From positions 1,813-65,812 of the forward strand of contig JAFRGA010000081.1 of the NCBI GenBank assembly GCA_017434045.1: a stretch of DNA of 64,000 nucleotides, read 5' to 3'. Each line of letters begins with the position of its first letter. Positions within the stretch are counted from its first letter, which is position 1. Source of the stretch: Eggerthellaceae bacterium (GTDB taxonomy: Bacteria > Actinomycetota > Coriobacteriia > Coriobacteriales > Eggerthellaceae). The position numbers and the translations under genes were made by a program. Of the stretch, positions 1 through 9,853 are shown piece by piece. Below the pieces are notes generated by a model, which was not told where the DNA came from, searched no databases, and saw only the letters and a list, made by a program, of their open reading frames with translations.

Positions 1-554
1 ACGAGTCCGCGTACGGCAAGGGCGAGGCGGCTGACCGCGCGCAGCTCTATCGCGAGTTCGAGGCGGCGGGCGTAGGCGTGTCGGTCATGAAGGCGTTCGC
101 GGGCGGCCAGCTGCTCGACGCCAAGCAATCGCCGTTCGGCCGGGCGCTCACCCGCGAGCAGTGCATCGCCTATGCGCTCGACAAGCCAGGTGTGCTGTGC
201 GTGCTACCCGGCGTGCGGGGGCTCGACGACCTGCGCGGCGCCTTGTCTTACCTGGATGCCGCCCCCGAGCAGCGCGACTACTCGGTCATCGGCGAGTTCG
301 CCCCGCCTTCTGACAAGGGCTCTTGCGTTTACTGCAATCACTGCCAGCCGTGCCCGGTGGGCATTCCCATCGGCCTGGCCAACAAGTACTACGATCTGGC
401 GCGTCTGGGTGACGAGCTCGCGGCTGACCACTACCGCAATCTGGAGCATCACGCTTCCGAATGCGTGCAGTGCGGCCATTGCGACGCGCGCTGCCCTTTC
501 AACTGCGCGCAATCTGGACGCATGGTGGAAATCGCAGGCTATTTCGGCGTTTAA
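1..554 (+). CDS. aldo/keto reductase with C-terminal Fe-S (ferredoxin-like) domain, 5'-truncated by the window edge
   Basis: The reading frame is open from the window edge (ESAYGKGEAADRAQLYREFEAAGVGVSVMKAF...). It has C-terminal Cys clusters CVYCNHCQPC and CVQCGHCDARC. The architecture matches the complete gene at 48319-49425. Confidence 0.7.
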   Translation, partial: ESAYGKGEAADRAQLYREFEAAGVGVSVMKAFAGGQLLDAKQSPFGRALTREQCIAYALDKPGVLCVLPGVRGLDDLRGALSYLDAAPEQRDYSVIGEFAPPSDKGSCVYCNHCQPCPVGIPIGLANKYYDLARLGDELAADHYRNLEHHASECVQCGHCDARCPFNCAQSGRMVEIAGYFGV

Positions 555-615
555 GGAGACTGCCTCGTGGCTTCGTTGCTCAGCGGGAACTATAACAAAC
601 AATGCCTGTTGAGCA

Positions 616-634
616 TATATTGAATTTCAATATA
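616..634. promoter_or_regulatory. perfect 19-bp palindrome TATATTGAA-T-TTCAATATA in an AT-rich promoter region upstream of the molybdoenzyme operon (candidate operator)
   Basis: Read directly from the sequence. It sits in a locally AT-rich stretch about 80 nt upstream of the 713 start and overlaps TTGAAT/TATAAA-like promoter hexamers. Confidence 0.35.
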
Positions 635-712
635 AGCATTAGCTATAAAAATGAATCCTCCCTAAGCTGGTACCAGGCTTTTAATGCAAGGCGAGGGAAA
701 GGGAGGAACACG

Positions 713-3580
713 ATGTCTCTTTTGGACAAGAGCATCAAGCGGCGCAACTTCCTGCGCGTGAGCGCGGGGGCGGCCGCAGCAGCCGCGGCTTTTGGCGTGG
801 TGGGCGCGTCCAAGGCGCACGCTGACGAGGCGCATGCGGGTTACGACGAGGTGGCGCACGACGCGGAAATCGTCGACGGCGCAGGCGAGTGGGTGCCCAT
901 ACATTGCCACCAAAACTGCAACCAGATGTGCCTGAACATGGGCTACGTCGTGGACGGCGTGGTTGTGCGCCAGAAAACCGACGACTGGCACGAGGACAGC
1001 TTCGACTGCCCGCAGCAGCGCAGCTGCCTGCGCGGCCGCAGCTTGCGCCAGCAGGTCTACAACGCCGACCGTATCAAGTACCCGATGAAGCGCAAGAGCT
1101 GGCAGCCGGGCGGCGGCGAGAACGCCCATGGCGAGTTGCGCGGCAAGGATGAATGGGAGCGCATCACGTGGGACGAGGCGCTCACCTACGTCACCGACGA
1201 GCTGAAGCGCGTCTACAAGGAATACGGCGAGACGGCCGTGGTCGTCAACGGCTGGCGCTGGGCGCCTGGCACGGCAATGTTTCCTCATATCGGCGGCGCT
1301 ATTTACAACACCGAGACCGAGAGCTTCGGCAATTGGGCGTTCCAAACCGAAGCGCTCGGCATGTACAGCTGGGGTGACCATCCCGATATCATGATGGCTC
1401 CCGACAAGTATGACCTGCCCAACGCCGACACCATCGTGCTGTACGGCTGCAATCCGGCCTGGGCTACGCACTCGAGCATGTATTGGCTGAAGAATGCCAA
1501 GGACGCCGGCGTCGAGTTCGTGTTCGTCGGGCCTGACTATAACGTGACAGCTGCCACGCTCGATTGCAAGTGGATTCGCGTGCGGCCCGGTACCGATACG
1601 GCATTTTTGCTCGGCGTCATCTACGAGATGATCCGCTTGGATGACGAGGGCGGCAACATCATCGATTGGGATTTTGTGCGCGAACGCACCGTGGGCTTTA
1701 CAGCCGACACCATGCCCAAAGACGCCAAGACTGACGAGAACTACCGCGATTACATTCTGGGCAAATACGACGGCACCCCGAAAACCCCTGAATGGGCGAG
1801 CGAGATCTGCGGTACGCCAGTGGAAGACATCACCTGGTATGCCGAGATGTGCGGCAAGGACCACAAGGTCATTCTGCTGCACAGCTATGCAGCATCCCGC
1901 TACCTGGGCGCCGAGAACCTCTCTCAAGCGTTCATGACTGTAGGCGCCCTTGGTGGCCACTACGGCAAGAGCGGTCACGGCTGCGCAGCTATCTACACGT
2001 GGGATGCGGGCGACTCGGGTTACCGCATCATCCAGCACGCCGGTGGCGATTACGGCTATATCGATGCGTTGGCTGCGGCTCCCGCCAAGCCCAACATTCT
2101 CATCGAGGGTAATTCGTGGTGGAGCTCGCTTGACGAAGGCAAGTATATTTCCACGACAGAGGGCCCTTATGATGCCGGTTCCTCTCCCAAAGACGACCCC
2201 ACGAAGCTGCGCGCGAACACGCCGACCTACCATGCGGCCAAGGAGATGCCGGTTAATCCACGCATTCTTTTCGCCACGTGCTCGAACTTCATGCAGACAC
2301 GCGGTAACCTTTCTACCGCCATCAAGGTCATGCGCGCGGCGGACGCTTGCTTCAGCTTCGAGATCAAGCTTTCGCTCACGGCCCAGTTCGCCGACATCAT
2401 CATGCCGGTGTGCACTCACTGGGAGGGCAACGACGATCCCGAGTGGGGCGAGCTGTCGTGGCCTTCCGCCTTCGGCGACGGCAACGGCCAGAAGCAGCGC
2501 AAGGACGCGCTGCTCGCCTGGAAGCCGCTTGTCAAGCCCATGTACGAGGCGCGTGAAGAGAAGGCCGTGTGCCGCGAGATCATGGAGCGCATGGGCGCCG
2601 ATCCCGATCTGGCCTATCCCAAGTCCAACTACGACCAGTGGCTCGGCTACTTCCTAGGGATGCGCGTTCTTTCCGAGGATGCCAAGACCTGGGAGCCGGT
2701 CATCACGTGGACCAAGGAAGACCAGCAGAAGTACCATTCCACGTATCCCGTTCAAAAGGGCAAGGTCGCTTTCGATGAATTCATGGCGAACGGCTCTTAT
2801 GTCGTCGAGCGCAAGCAGGATGACAAGCGAAACTACGTGGGCTATCGCGATGACAAGCTGGGCATCGGCGAGGATGGCAAGACCGCAGTTGTCGCCGACA
2901 CCGCCTGGCCGCGCCCGTCGCTTTCTGGCAAGCTTGAGATTTACTGCCAGTTCAAGGCCGACAACGTCAACCGTATCGGGCTGAACGACGAGCCCATCAA
3001 GCCCTACGCGAACTATTTCGTGCCGCGCCGCGGCTACCAGGAGACGTTCGTCGACGGCAAGATCGGCGGGGAGCGCGCTGCCTACCCGCTGCAGGCATAC
3101 ACCCCGCATTACATGCGTCGCGCGCATACCTGCTACGACAATATGCCCTGGACTCAGGAGGCGTTCCGCAACCCGGTGTTCATGAACGCGCAGGATGCGG
3201 CCGATCGCGGCATCAAGGCGGGCGATACGGTCATGTGCTACAACGATTTCGGAAAGATGCTGCGCAAAGCTCAGCCCATGCAAGGCATGATGCCAGGCGC
3301 CGTGGCCATCCCGCATGGTGTGCACAGCGTGTTTGACGAGTCGGGTGACGAGATCATCGATCGCGGCGGCTCCGAGCAGATGCTCTCTGACGGCATGCAA
3401 TCGAACTATTTCCCGCAGGTCGACGGCTACAACAGCCTGCTTATCGAGATTAAGAAGTACGACGGCAAGTCGCTCGAGGAAGACTTCGAACGTGGGCCGT
3501 TCTTGGCAAGCGGTGTCGATGCAGCCGGCACGTCGGTATACTACGCTGATTCGGCTGTCATGTACGCGGAGAAGAACTAA
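713..3580 (+). CDS. Tat-exported molybdopterin (bis-MGD) oxidoreductase catalytic subunit, DMSO reductase family, substrate unknown
   Basis: The ATG at 713 is preceded by GGGAGG (701-706). The protein has a twin-arginine signal (MSLLDKSIKRRNFLRVSAGAAAAAAAF..AHA) and an N-terminal Cys cluster (HCHQNCNQMC). It is about 955 aa and is followed by FeS, chaperone and anchor genes. The 602 start in the ORF track is rejected as an upstream extension. Confidence 0.9.
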   Translation: MSLLDKSIKRRNFLRVSAGAAAAAAAFGVVGASKAHADEAHAGYDEVAHDAEIVDGAGEWVPIHCHQNCNQMCLNMGYVVDGVVVRQKTDDWHEDSFDCPQQRSCLRGRSLRQQVYNADRIKYPMKRKSWQPGGGENAHGELRGKDEWERITWDEALTYVTDELKRVYKEYGETAVVVNGWRWAPGTAMFPHIGGAIYNTETESFGNWAFQTEALGMYSWGDHPDIMMAPDKYDLPNADTIVLYGCNPAWATHSSMYWLKNAKDAGVEFVFVGPDYNVTAATLDCKWIRVRPGTDTAFLLGVIYEMIRLDDEGGNIIDWDFVRERTVGFTADTMPKDAKTDENYRDYILGKYDGTPKTPEWASEICGTPVEDITWYAEMCGKDHKVILLHSYAASRYLGAENLSQAFMTVGALGGHYGKSGHGCAAIYTWDAGDSGYRIIQHAGGDYGYIDALAAAPAKPNILIEGNSWWSSLDEGKYISTTEGPYDAGSSPKDDPTKLRANTPTYHAAKEMPVNPRILFATCSNFMQTRGNLSTAIKVMRAADACFSFEIKLSLTAQFADIIMPVCTHWEGNDDPEWGELSWPSAFGDGNGQKQRKDALLAWKPLVKPMYEAREEKAVCREIMERMGADPDLAYPKSNYDQWLGYFLGMRVLSEDAKTWEPVITWTKEDQQKYHSTYPVQKGKVAFDEFMANGSYVVERKQDDKRNYVGYRDDKLGIGEDGKTAVVADTAWPRPSLSGKLEIYCQFKADNVNRIGLNDEPIKPYANYFVPRRGYQETFVDGKIGGERAAYPLQAYTPHYMRRAHTCYDNMPWTQEAFRNPVFMNAQDAADRGIKAGDTVMCYNDFGKMLRKAQPMQGMMPGAVAIPHGVHSVFDESGDEIIDRGGSEQMLSDGMQSNYFPQVDGYNSLLIEIKKYDGKSLEEDFERGPFLASGVDAAGTSVYYADSAVMYAEKN

Positions 3581-3595
3581 GAGGGGGGATTGAAG

Positions 3596-4174
3596 ATGGC
3601 AATGGGATTTTATGTCGACATGACGCGTTGCATTGGGTGTCGCACATGCCAGGTGGCCTGCAAGGATCGCCACGATCTGCACGAAGCCGGCCCGCGGCCG
3701 CGCCGCGTCGACAGCTACGAATGCGGCACCTATCCGGACGTGGCGATGTTCCACCACGTCATGAGCTGCAACCACTGCGATGACCCCGCGTGCGTCAAGG
3801 GCTGCCCAACGGCGGCGTTGCACAAGGACGAAGAAGGCATTGTGGTGCACGATGACACGAAATGCGTCGTCTGCCGCAACTGCATGCTCGTGTGCCCCTA
3901 TGGCGCTCCGCAGTACGACGAGGTCGCGAAGATGATAGTGAAATGTGATTCGTGCAAGGATCTGCGTGCTGCCGGCAAGCCCCCCGTTTGCGTGGCTGCT
4001 TGCCCGATGCGTGCCATCGACTTCGGCGATTTGGACGAGCTTCGCGCAAAATACGGTGATGACCTGGTCAACGAACTGCCTTATCTACCGACTGCGAGCT
4101 GGACGCGTCCGAACGTGTTGTACAAGGCGAGCGCTGGAGCGCTTCGCAAGGACTTCGCTCCCGTTGTGCTGTAG
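3596..4174 (+). CDS. 4Fe-4S ferredoxin-type electron-transfer subunit (DmsB-like)
   Basis: It has multiple CxxCxxCxxxC-type motifs (CIGCRTCQVAC, CNHCDDPACVKGC, CVVCRNCMLVC, CDSCKD...CVAAC). The ATG at 3596 lies 7 nt after GAGGGGGG. Confidence 0.9.
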   Translation: MAMGFYVDMTRCIGCRTCQVACKDRHDLHEAGPRPRRVDSYECGTYPDVAMFHHVMSCNHCDDPACVKGCPTAALHKDEEGIVVHDDTKCVVCRNCMLVCPYGAPQYDEVAKMIVKCDSCKDLRAAGKPPVCVAACPMRAIDFGDLDELRAKYGDDLVNELPYLPTASWTRPNVLYKASAGALRKDFAPVVL

Positions 4175-4207
4175 GCATGTGCCGATTCCGTCCCTTGGCA
4201 CGCTTGA

Positions 4208-5062
4208 ATGGAGATGACGATGGAGAAGAACGACCACATGCAAGATGTCTTGCAGCTCGAGGCACTGTTGCTTTCGCGCGCGTACCTGTATGAGCTGTTT
4301 CACAAGCTTCTCGGCGGCGCGCCCGACGAAGTGTTGCTCGATACGCTGGCGTCCGAAGTGACGGCTGACGTGCTCGACGAGTTCGCTGGCGCGAGTGACG
4401 AGCTGGTGGCTCTCGGAGGCTTCTTGACAGTTCTTCGAGCCGATGACCGCGTGCAGCTGCTCTCCAGAGCGCGCGACGAGTACACGCGCGTTTTCGTGGG
4501 GCCGCTTGCATTACCGGCAAGTCCTTACGAATCGCCCTACACGGGCGCGCATGACATGGCGACGTTTCAGGCCAACACGTTGGCTGTTCGCTCGATTTAC
4601 CATGCGGCGAGCCTGCGCGTGCGCCGGGAGCAAGCGGTCCCGGATGACCATGTGGCACTCATGTGCGCCTTCATGGCCGAGCTCTCCAAACGCTCGCTCG
4701 AAGCGCTTCGCGAGGGGCATTTGGCTGGTCTCGCTTCTCTGCTGCGTGATCAGCGTCGCTTCGCAGAAGGTCATCTGGCCAATTGGTTGGGCGTTTTCGC
4801 AAAGAGCGTCCGTAACTCCAAAGCAGGTGCCGAGGCGGTGCTCTACCCCCAGATGCTCGAAGGCCTCGATGCGTTTGTGCGTGCCGACTTGGACTTCCTG
4901 GCTGAATCGGCCTATTGGGTTGAGGGCGAAGCGGCAAGTGAGATGGCGCTGCTTGTTGCGGGGTCTGCACCCGAACTCGCCTCCGCACAGGCTGCCCTCG
5001 ATTCGCTCGAGGCCCTTCGGCCATTCGGCATCCAGGACAACGAGCTCGTTCCCATTGTTTGA
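4208..5062 (+). CDS. TorD/DmsD-family molybdoenzyme maturation chaperone
   Basis: The gene sits between the FeS and anchor subunits. It has TorD-like segments (RAYLYELFHKLL, YTRVFVGP, SPYES, DDHVALMCAFMAEL). The start is ambiguous between 4208 and 4220. Confidence 0.7.
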   Translation: MEMTMEKNDHMQDVLQLEALLLSRAYLYELFHKLLGGAPDEVLLDTLASEVTADVLDEFAGASDELVALGGFLTVLRADDRVQLLSRARDEYTRVFVGPLALPASPYESPYTGAHDMATFQANTLAVRSIYHAASLRVRREQAVPDDHVALMCAFMAELSKRSLEALREGHLAGLASLLRDQRRFAEGHLANWLGVFAKSVRNSKAGAEAVLYPQMLEGLDAFVRADLDFLAESAYWVEGEAASEMALLVAGSAPELASAQAALDSLEALRPFGIQDNELVPIV

Positions 5063-5177
5063 GGGGCAGCTCTTGGCCCTCGGTGCGACTCTGCGCCTCG
5101 GCGCTCGTCTCCATCGGCTGTGGGGCGGCCCCTTTAGAAGGTTTCCCTTTGAGTAAACGATAGAAAGGTTGTTACCG

Positions 5178-5927
5178 ATGATTTCCGAATTTCCCTTGTT
5201 CGTCTTTACCGTGCTCACCGGCTTGTCCGCCGGCGCGTACGTCGGGGCGGCATTGTTTCCAAAAAAAGATGACGGCCCCAGGCCGTGGCTGTTTCCGCTC
5301 GTAGCGCTTATCTTGGTAGGAGTCGGTTCTCTCGCCGCAATCGGGCACCTGGGGCGCCCGGGCATGGTGATGAACGTGCTCAACAACCCCACCGCGTCTT
5401 TGACGTTGGAGGGCATAACCGCTGGCCTGCTCGCACTTGTCGCGGTCGTCGATCTGGCGTTGTGCGCTTCCAAGAAAAAGGCCAATCGCGCCGTGCGCAT
5501 CGCGGGAGCCATTGCGGGTGTTGTGTGCATGTGCGTTGTGACGTCGGCATATGTCTCATGCTACGGCAACCCGGCTTGGACTGCCGCCTGCACCTGGCCG
5601 CTGTTCGTGCTCGGCGATTTGGCTGCGGGCGCAGCGCTTTGGATGTGCTTTGCGGACATGCCCAACAAGCCGCTCGCCACTCTCGTTGCCGTTGCCGCTC
5701 TGCTTTTCGCCGTCGTTCTAGTCTGGCAAGCCGTGACGTTTGCTGGCCTCGGAAAGCCCTTCGGCTTCATCGTTTGCGGCGCCGTCTTCGCGATTGCGGG
5801 TGCCGTAGGCGGCTGGGCCACTGCGTCCACGCACTTGTGGAACACTGCAGCCAAGGTCGTGTTCGTGCTGCTGGCTGTGGCGCTTGTTGCTTCGCGCTAC
5901 GGCTTCTACCTAGTCAGCATTCTCTAG
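5178..5927 (+). CDS. DmsC-type integral membrane anchor subunit
   Basis: The roughly 250-aa protein is very hydrophobic, with about 8 predicted TM stretches. It is the last gene of the oxidoreductase operon. The ATG at 5178 follows GAAAGG. Confidence 0.7.
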   Translation: MISEFPLFVFTVLTGLSAGAYVGAALFPKKDDGPRPWLFPLVALILVGVGSLAAIGHLGRPGMVMNVLNNPTASLTLEGITAGLLALVAVVDLALCASKKKANRAVRIAGAIAGVVCMCVVTSAYVSCYGNPAWTAACTWPLFVLGDLAAGAALWMCFADMPNKPLATLVAVAALLFAVVLVWQAVTFAGLGKPFGFIVCGAVFAIAGAVGGWATASTHLWNTAAKVVFVLLAVALVASRYGFYLVSIL

Positions 5928-5940
5928 CCCTTTTTTCTCG

Positions 5941-5964
5941 GCGGCGAGGCCGAGGCCTCGCCGC
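5941..5964 (+). terminator. GC-rich hairpin (GCGGCGAGGCC-GA-GGCCTCGCCGC) followed by a T-run; likely operon terminator
   Basis: An 11-bp perfect stem lies 14 nt after the stop codon, followed by TCGCATGTTTTTA. Confidence 0.55.
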
Positions 5965-5984
5965 TCGCATGTTTTTACGAGAGA

Positions 5985-6021
5985 GCTCCGCCGCTGGCTG
6001 CGGGCCGGCCAGCGGCGGAGC
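5985..6021. repeat. second 14-bp-stem hairpin GCTCCGCCGCTGGC...GCCAGCGGCGGAGC
   Basis: Perfect inverted repeat read directly from the sequence. Its function is unknown; it could be a terminator or a REP-like element. Confidence 0.5.
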
Positions 6022-6155
6022 CAACTTATCGGCAGTTCTTTCGCTACACTACGGAATGCGTCACTGGGGGCAAGCCAAATGTCTCTAAGCGAAATGATAG
6101 GGAACATAAGGCTTGTCCCCAGTGACACATTGAACGGAATCAACAGGAGACGCTC

Positions 6156-6761
6156 ATGGCCAAAGGCAACTACGAAGACAGCCCCGAGATGACGCAAGAC
6201 GAGATCGACCGTTTCGTCGCATACATGAACAGCGGAGAAGAGGTCATTGCCGGTTCCGATGTGCATCGCCTCATGACGGCGGCATCAGAGCGCGCGATGC
6301 GCATCACGTCGCGCATGAACGCGCAGTTCGACAGCCTGTCGGACACGCGTGCGCAGCTCGAAGAGCTCTGGAGATGCGAGCTGCCCGAAGGCGTGGGGCT
6401 GTTCCCGCCGTTCACGACCGACTGTGGGCTCAACACCCATCTGGGAGAGGGCGTGTTCATCAACGCAGGGTGCCGGTTCCAGGACCAGGGCGGTATCTAT
6501 ATCGGCGATCGCGCGCTCATCGGGCACAACTGCGTCATCGCCACACTCAACCACAACATGGATCCCGCCAAGCGCGCGAACCTGCTGCCCGCGCCCGTGC
6601 ACATCGGCAGCGATGCATGGCTTGGCGCCAACGTGACCGTCTTGCCCGGCGTGACCATCGGCGACGGCGCGGTCGTTGCGGCGGGCGCGGTCGTGACCAA
6701 GGACGTCGCGCCCAACACGGTTGTCGGCGGCGTGCCTGCGAAGCTGATCAAGGAGCTGTAG
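6156..6761 (+). CDS. sugar O-acetyltransferase (maltose/galactoside acetyltransferase-like, left-handed beta-helix)
   Basis: It has hexapeptide-repeat sequence ([44 protein letters not shown]) and the typical C-terminal [19 protein letters not shown]. Confidence 0.85.
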   Translation: MAKGNYEDSPEMTQDEIDRFVAYMNSGEEVIAGSDVHRLMTAASERAMRITSRMNAQFDSLSDTRAQLEELWRCELPEGVGLFPPFTTDCGLNTHLGEGVFINAGCRFQDQGGIYIGDRALIGHNCVIATLNHNMDPAKRANLLPAPVHIGSDAWLGANVTVLPGVTIGDGAVVAAGAVVTKDVAPNTVVGGVPAKLIKEL

Positions 6762-6779
6762 CACACAGGATTGTCTCTG

Positions 6780-7208
6780 TCATTCGATTAGGGCGCCAAG
6801 CGTTCTCCATGCCAGCTCTGCGCACTTCACCCGCGCAGGCATCCGGCTGATGCTTGCGAGTTCGTAGGCCTCGTCAAGCGCTTCCTGCTCGTCATCGTCC
6901 AGCTCGTCGCCTTGGATCATGCGGAAGAACAGCTCTCCGAGGTGCTTCGCCTCCTCGACCGTCTCGCCTGTCACGAGCTCGGCCATGATGTCGGCGCTTG
7001 CCTGCGAGACAGCGCACCCGCTTCCCGTAAAAGCGGCCTCCTCGATAGTCGACCCGTCGGAAGACAGGCGCAGGCGCAGCACCATCTCGTCGCCGCAGCT
7101 GGGATTCACCCCCTCGTGTTCGTGGGTGAAATTCGCCAGCTCGTACTTGTAGTCCGGGTGCGCGTTATGTTCCATGAGTGCCGTCGTGTAAACGCTTCCA
7201 TTAGCCAT
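6780..7208 (-). CDS. sufU: SUF-system Fe-S cluster scaffold SufU (NifU/IscU-like)
   Basis: It has the motifs NPSCGDEMVLRL, GSGCAVSQASADIM and CAELAW. It is the last gene of the suf operon. Confidence 0.9.
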   Translation of the reverse strand: MANGSVYTTALMEHNAHPDYKYELANFTHEHEGVNPSCGDEMVLRLRLSSDGSTIEEAAFTGSGCAVSQASADIMAELVTGETVEEAKHLGELFFRMIQGDELDDDEQEALDEAYELASISRMPARVKCAELAWRTLGALIE

Positions 7209-8511
7209 TGAACATTCTCCAAACGTGTTTGAGCCCTTCTACCAGCTGGTCGATGTCGCCGCTGTCGTTGTAGAACGCAAGCGACGCGCGGCAGCACGAC
7301 CCGATTCCGAGATACGCGAGCAACGGTTGAGCGCAATGATGGCCGGCGCGGATGGCGACGTTGTCCATGTCGAGGATGCTGGCCACGTCATGCGGGTGGA
7401 TGCCGCATACGTTGAAGCTGATGACGCCATGGTGGGCATTCGGGTCGTCGGGGCCGATGAGCCGGACGAAGCCGAGCTCGGAAAGCCTGCGCATGCACAA
7501 TGTCACCAGCGCCCGCTCGCGTGCGCGCATCGCATCGAAGCCGACGCTCTCCACGTAGCCCAGTGCAGCGTCCAGAGCGAAAATGCCCGCCGCATCCTGC
7601 GTGCCCGCCTCGAACTTTTCGGGCACGGCGGCCCACGTGGCGTCTTGCTCGGTAACGAAATCGATCATCTCGCCGCCCGTGAGGAAGGGCGGCATGGCCT
7701 TAAGAAGCTCGTGGCGGCCCCAGAGAACCCCGATGCCCATAGGGCCGAACACCTTGTGCCCGGAAAACGCGAAGAAGTCACAGCCCAGTTCCGTCACGTC
7801 AACGGGGAAGTGCGGCACCGATTGCGCGCCGTCGACGACCATCACGGCACCGAACTCGTGGGCGATGGCTGCCATGCGCTTCACGTTGTTCGCGACGCCC
7901 AGCACGTTGGATACGTGCACGGCGCTCACGATTTTCGTGCGCGCGCCGATCTTCGTCCGCATCTCCTCCTCGGTAATGACGCCTTGCTCGTTGGGGTACA
8001 TGTACACCAACGTGGCCCCAGCGGCTTTACAGGCCTGCTGCCAGGGGATGAGGTTCGAGTGATGCTCCATTATGGTGATGCAGACTTCGTCGCCCGGCCC
8101 GAGGACCATGGGCGCATACGAATGGGCAATCAAGTTGAGGGCCTCGGACGTATTGCGGCAGAACACGATGTCGCATGCGTCGTCTTTGCCCTTCAGCCCG
8201 ATGAACGACGCGATATGCGTGCGCGATGCGTTGATGGCCTCTGTCGCTTCCACCGAAAGCCGGTACAAGCCGCGAAGTGCATTGGCGTTCATGGTTTCGT
8301 AGAAACGCCTTTGCGCTTCGAGCACGGCATTCGGACGTTGGGCGGTTGCGGCGCTGTCGAGAAATGCCAGGTCAGGATTATGAAGCAAGAGCGGGAAATC
8401 CCTCTTGTACTGCGACGTCGCCAAGGCAGATGCCTGCGTGCTGCGGCTGTCCCATTCGATGCGGCCGGCCGCGGTCAACCTCTTTTCGTCGCGAAGCGTC
8501 CTGTACGCCAT
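7201..8511 (-). CDS. sufS: cysteine desulfurase SufS (class V aminotransferase)
   Basis: It has the PLP-lysine motif FSGHKVFGPMGIG and the catalytic-Cys loop RAGHHCAQPL. The start is set at ATG 8511 (MAYRTL) after GAGAGGGGG. The longer track ORF (to 8784) overlaps sufD and is rejected. Confidence 0.9.
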   Translation of the reverse strand: MAYRTLRDEKRLTAAGRIEWDSRSTQASALATSQYKRDFPLLLHNPDLAFLDSAATAQRPNAVLEAQRRFYETMNANALRGLYRLSVEATEAINASRTHIASFIGLKGKDDACDIVFCRNTSEALNLIAHSYAPMVLGPGDEVCITIMEHHSNLIPWQQACKAAGATLVYMYPNEQGVITEEEMRTKIGARTKIVSAVHVSNVLGVANNVKRMAAIAHEFGAVMVVDGAQSVPHFPVDVTELGCDFFAFSGHKVFGPMGIGVLWGRHELLKAMPPFLTGGEMIDFVTEQDATWAAVPEKFEAGTQDAAGIFALDAALGYVESVGFDAMRARERALVTLCMRRLSELGFVRLIGPDDPNAHHGVISFNVCGIHPHDVASILDMDNVAIRAGHHCAQPLLAYLGIGSCCRASLAFYNDSGDIDQLVEGLKHVWRMFNG

Positions 8512-8557
8512 CTTGCCCCCTCTCTTTCTTGCGTCGATGATGTCCGTGGCTTCCAAC

Positions 8558-9853
8558 TCAATCGAAGAGCTCGCCGAAACCGGGCACGAGCTTCTCGCCC
8601 AAACGCAGCACGGCGGTGCGGGCCTCCTCGACGGGCGCGTCGATAGCCGCCTGCTCGAGCGTCGCGCTGACGAACATGGCTTCAGCGTCTTGACGTGAAA
8701 TACCGCGGCTTTCCAGGTAGAACAGCTGGTCTTCGCGGATGTGCCCGATGGTGGCACCGTGGTTGCCCGCAACGTCGTCCTCACTGCAAAGGATCACGGG
8801 CACGGTCTTGTTGCGCACGTCCTCGTCGACGAGCAACACCGTTTCCCTTTCAGAGCCTTCGGAACCTTTGCAGCCGCGAATCAGGTCGATGGTCCCGCGC
8901 AGCGTCTTGCTGCTTCTTCCCGCAAGCACGCCGTTCGCGTTCAGGTTGCATTGGGAACGGGTGCCGTGATGTCGCAGCATGTAGTTGAGATCATGCGATT
9001 GGTCGCCATGGCCCAGGTAGCGCGTCTCGACATCCGCGCGCGCCGAGTCGCCGCGCAAATCTCCCGCAAGGCCCGTGAACGTGGTCGTTGCGCCGAGGAT
9101 GGTCTGGCTCACCTCGATGCGGGCCCGCTCATGGGCGAACAGGCCCATATCGTCAATGTCGGCGAAGCCGTCGTCCAGCGTGTGCATGCGGACGATGCGC
9201 ACGCGGGCATCCTCGTCGGCACACACCCGCAGTGTCGTGCCTGTCAACCCGACGGTCCCGCCGTTCGGCGCGGCGTCCCCTTGCACATTCCTGTTGACGC
9301 CGTCGATGACGAGGGCCACGTCAACCGAGCTGTTGCGCAGGGCGACGACGTCGATGGCCGCCGCGCTGATGACGTCTGGCGCTCCGGTGACGACGACGGT
9401 CGTCGCGACGGTTTCGCGAGGAGCTGCCTGCACGACGATGCGCTTGCCGGCCATCTCGCGCAAGAACGTTGCAACCGCTTCGCCGGTGCCGTGCTCGAAG
9501 GCCGCAACAAGTGAACGTGCTTCCTCGATGGCATCGGCGTTCGCCTGGTAAGTGGACTGTGCTGTGCCGCCATACGTTGCGTCGGATTCAGCTGCGCGGT
9601 AGGCATCCCGCTCGGCTATCTCGTCGGCGGTTGGCGCTGGATGGACGATCTCCCATTGCTCCTGGGTGCGGGCGAGGGCGCGGTCGAGCGCGTCAGCGTC
9701 GTCGCACGTCGCGGGCGTTTTCGATACCCGCACGTCAGGTGCAATTGCGAGCCCTTCGGGAATTTCGATCGTCGCATCGTTTGCGCGGAGGAAATGCCAG
9801 GTGGAAGCTGGCATCGCGCTTGCGTGCTCGAAGGTGTGCGCTTGTGTTGCCAT
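8558..9853 (-). CDS. sufD: Fe-S cluster assembly protein SufD
   Basis: It lies between sufB and sufS. It has the SufB/D beta-helix C-terminal region (GTIDLIRGCKGSEGSERETVLL, HGATIGHIREDQLFYLESRGI). Confidence 0.85.
   Translation of the reverse strand: MATQAHTFEHASAMPASTWHFLRANDATIEIPEGLAIAPDVRVSKTPATCDDADALDRALARTQEQWEIVHPAPTADEIAERDAYRAAESDATYGGTAQSTYQANADAIEEARSLVAAFEHGTGEAVATFLREMAGKRIVVQAAPRETVATTVVVTGAPDVISAAAIDVVALRNSSVDVALVIDGVNRNVQGDAAPNGGTVGLTGTTLRVCADEDARVRIVRMHTLDDGFADIDDMGLFAHERARIEVSQTILGATTTFTGLAGDLRGDSARADVETRYLGHGDQSHDLNYMLRHHGTRSQCNLNANGVLAGRSSKTLRGTIDLIRGCKGSEGSERETVLLVDEDVRNKTVPVILCSEDDVAGNHGATIGHIREDQLFYLESRGISRQDAEAMFVSATLEQAAIDAPVEEARTAVLRLGEKLVPGFGELFD

Noticed and set aside
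662-2419. Long antisense ORFs opposite real genes. Examples are 662-2419, 2654-3850, 7225-8646, 9641-11362, 31109-32242, 33543-34985, 42178-43959, 54669-56621 and 58730-60235.
   Set aside because: These are typical stop-codon-poor shadow frames of GC-rich DNA. Their products are Arg/Ala/Gly/His-rich with no motifs. In each case the opposite strand encodes a protein with clear family signatures.
7201-8784. The full 527-aa track ORF for the cysteine desulfurase, and similar N-terminal extensions of pgi (30485), the M13 peptidase (32487), the molybdoenzyme (602), the IS110 transposase (17910), the AI-2E transporter (38155) and the hydrolase (47215).
   Set aside because: The extensions overlap upstream genes or repeats, are compositionally abnormal and lack an RBS. 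Internal ATG codons with good Shine-Dalgarno sequences give proteins that start where the families normally start.
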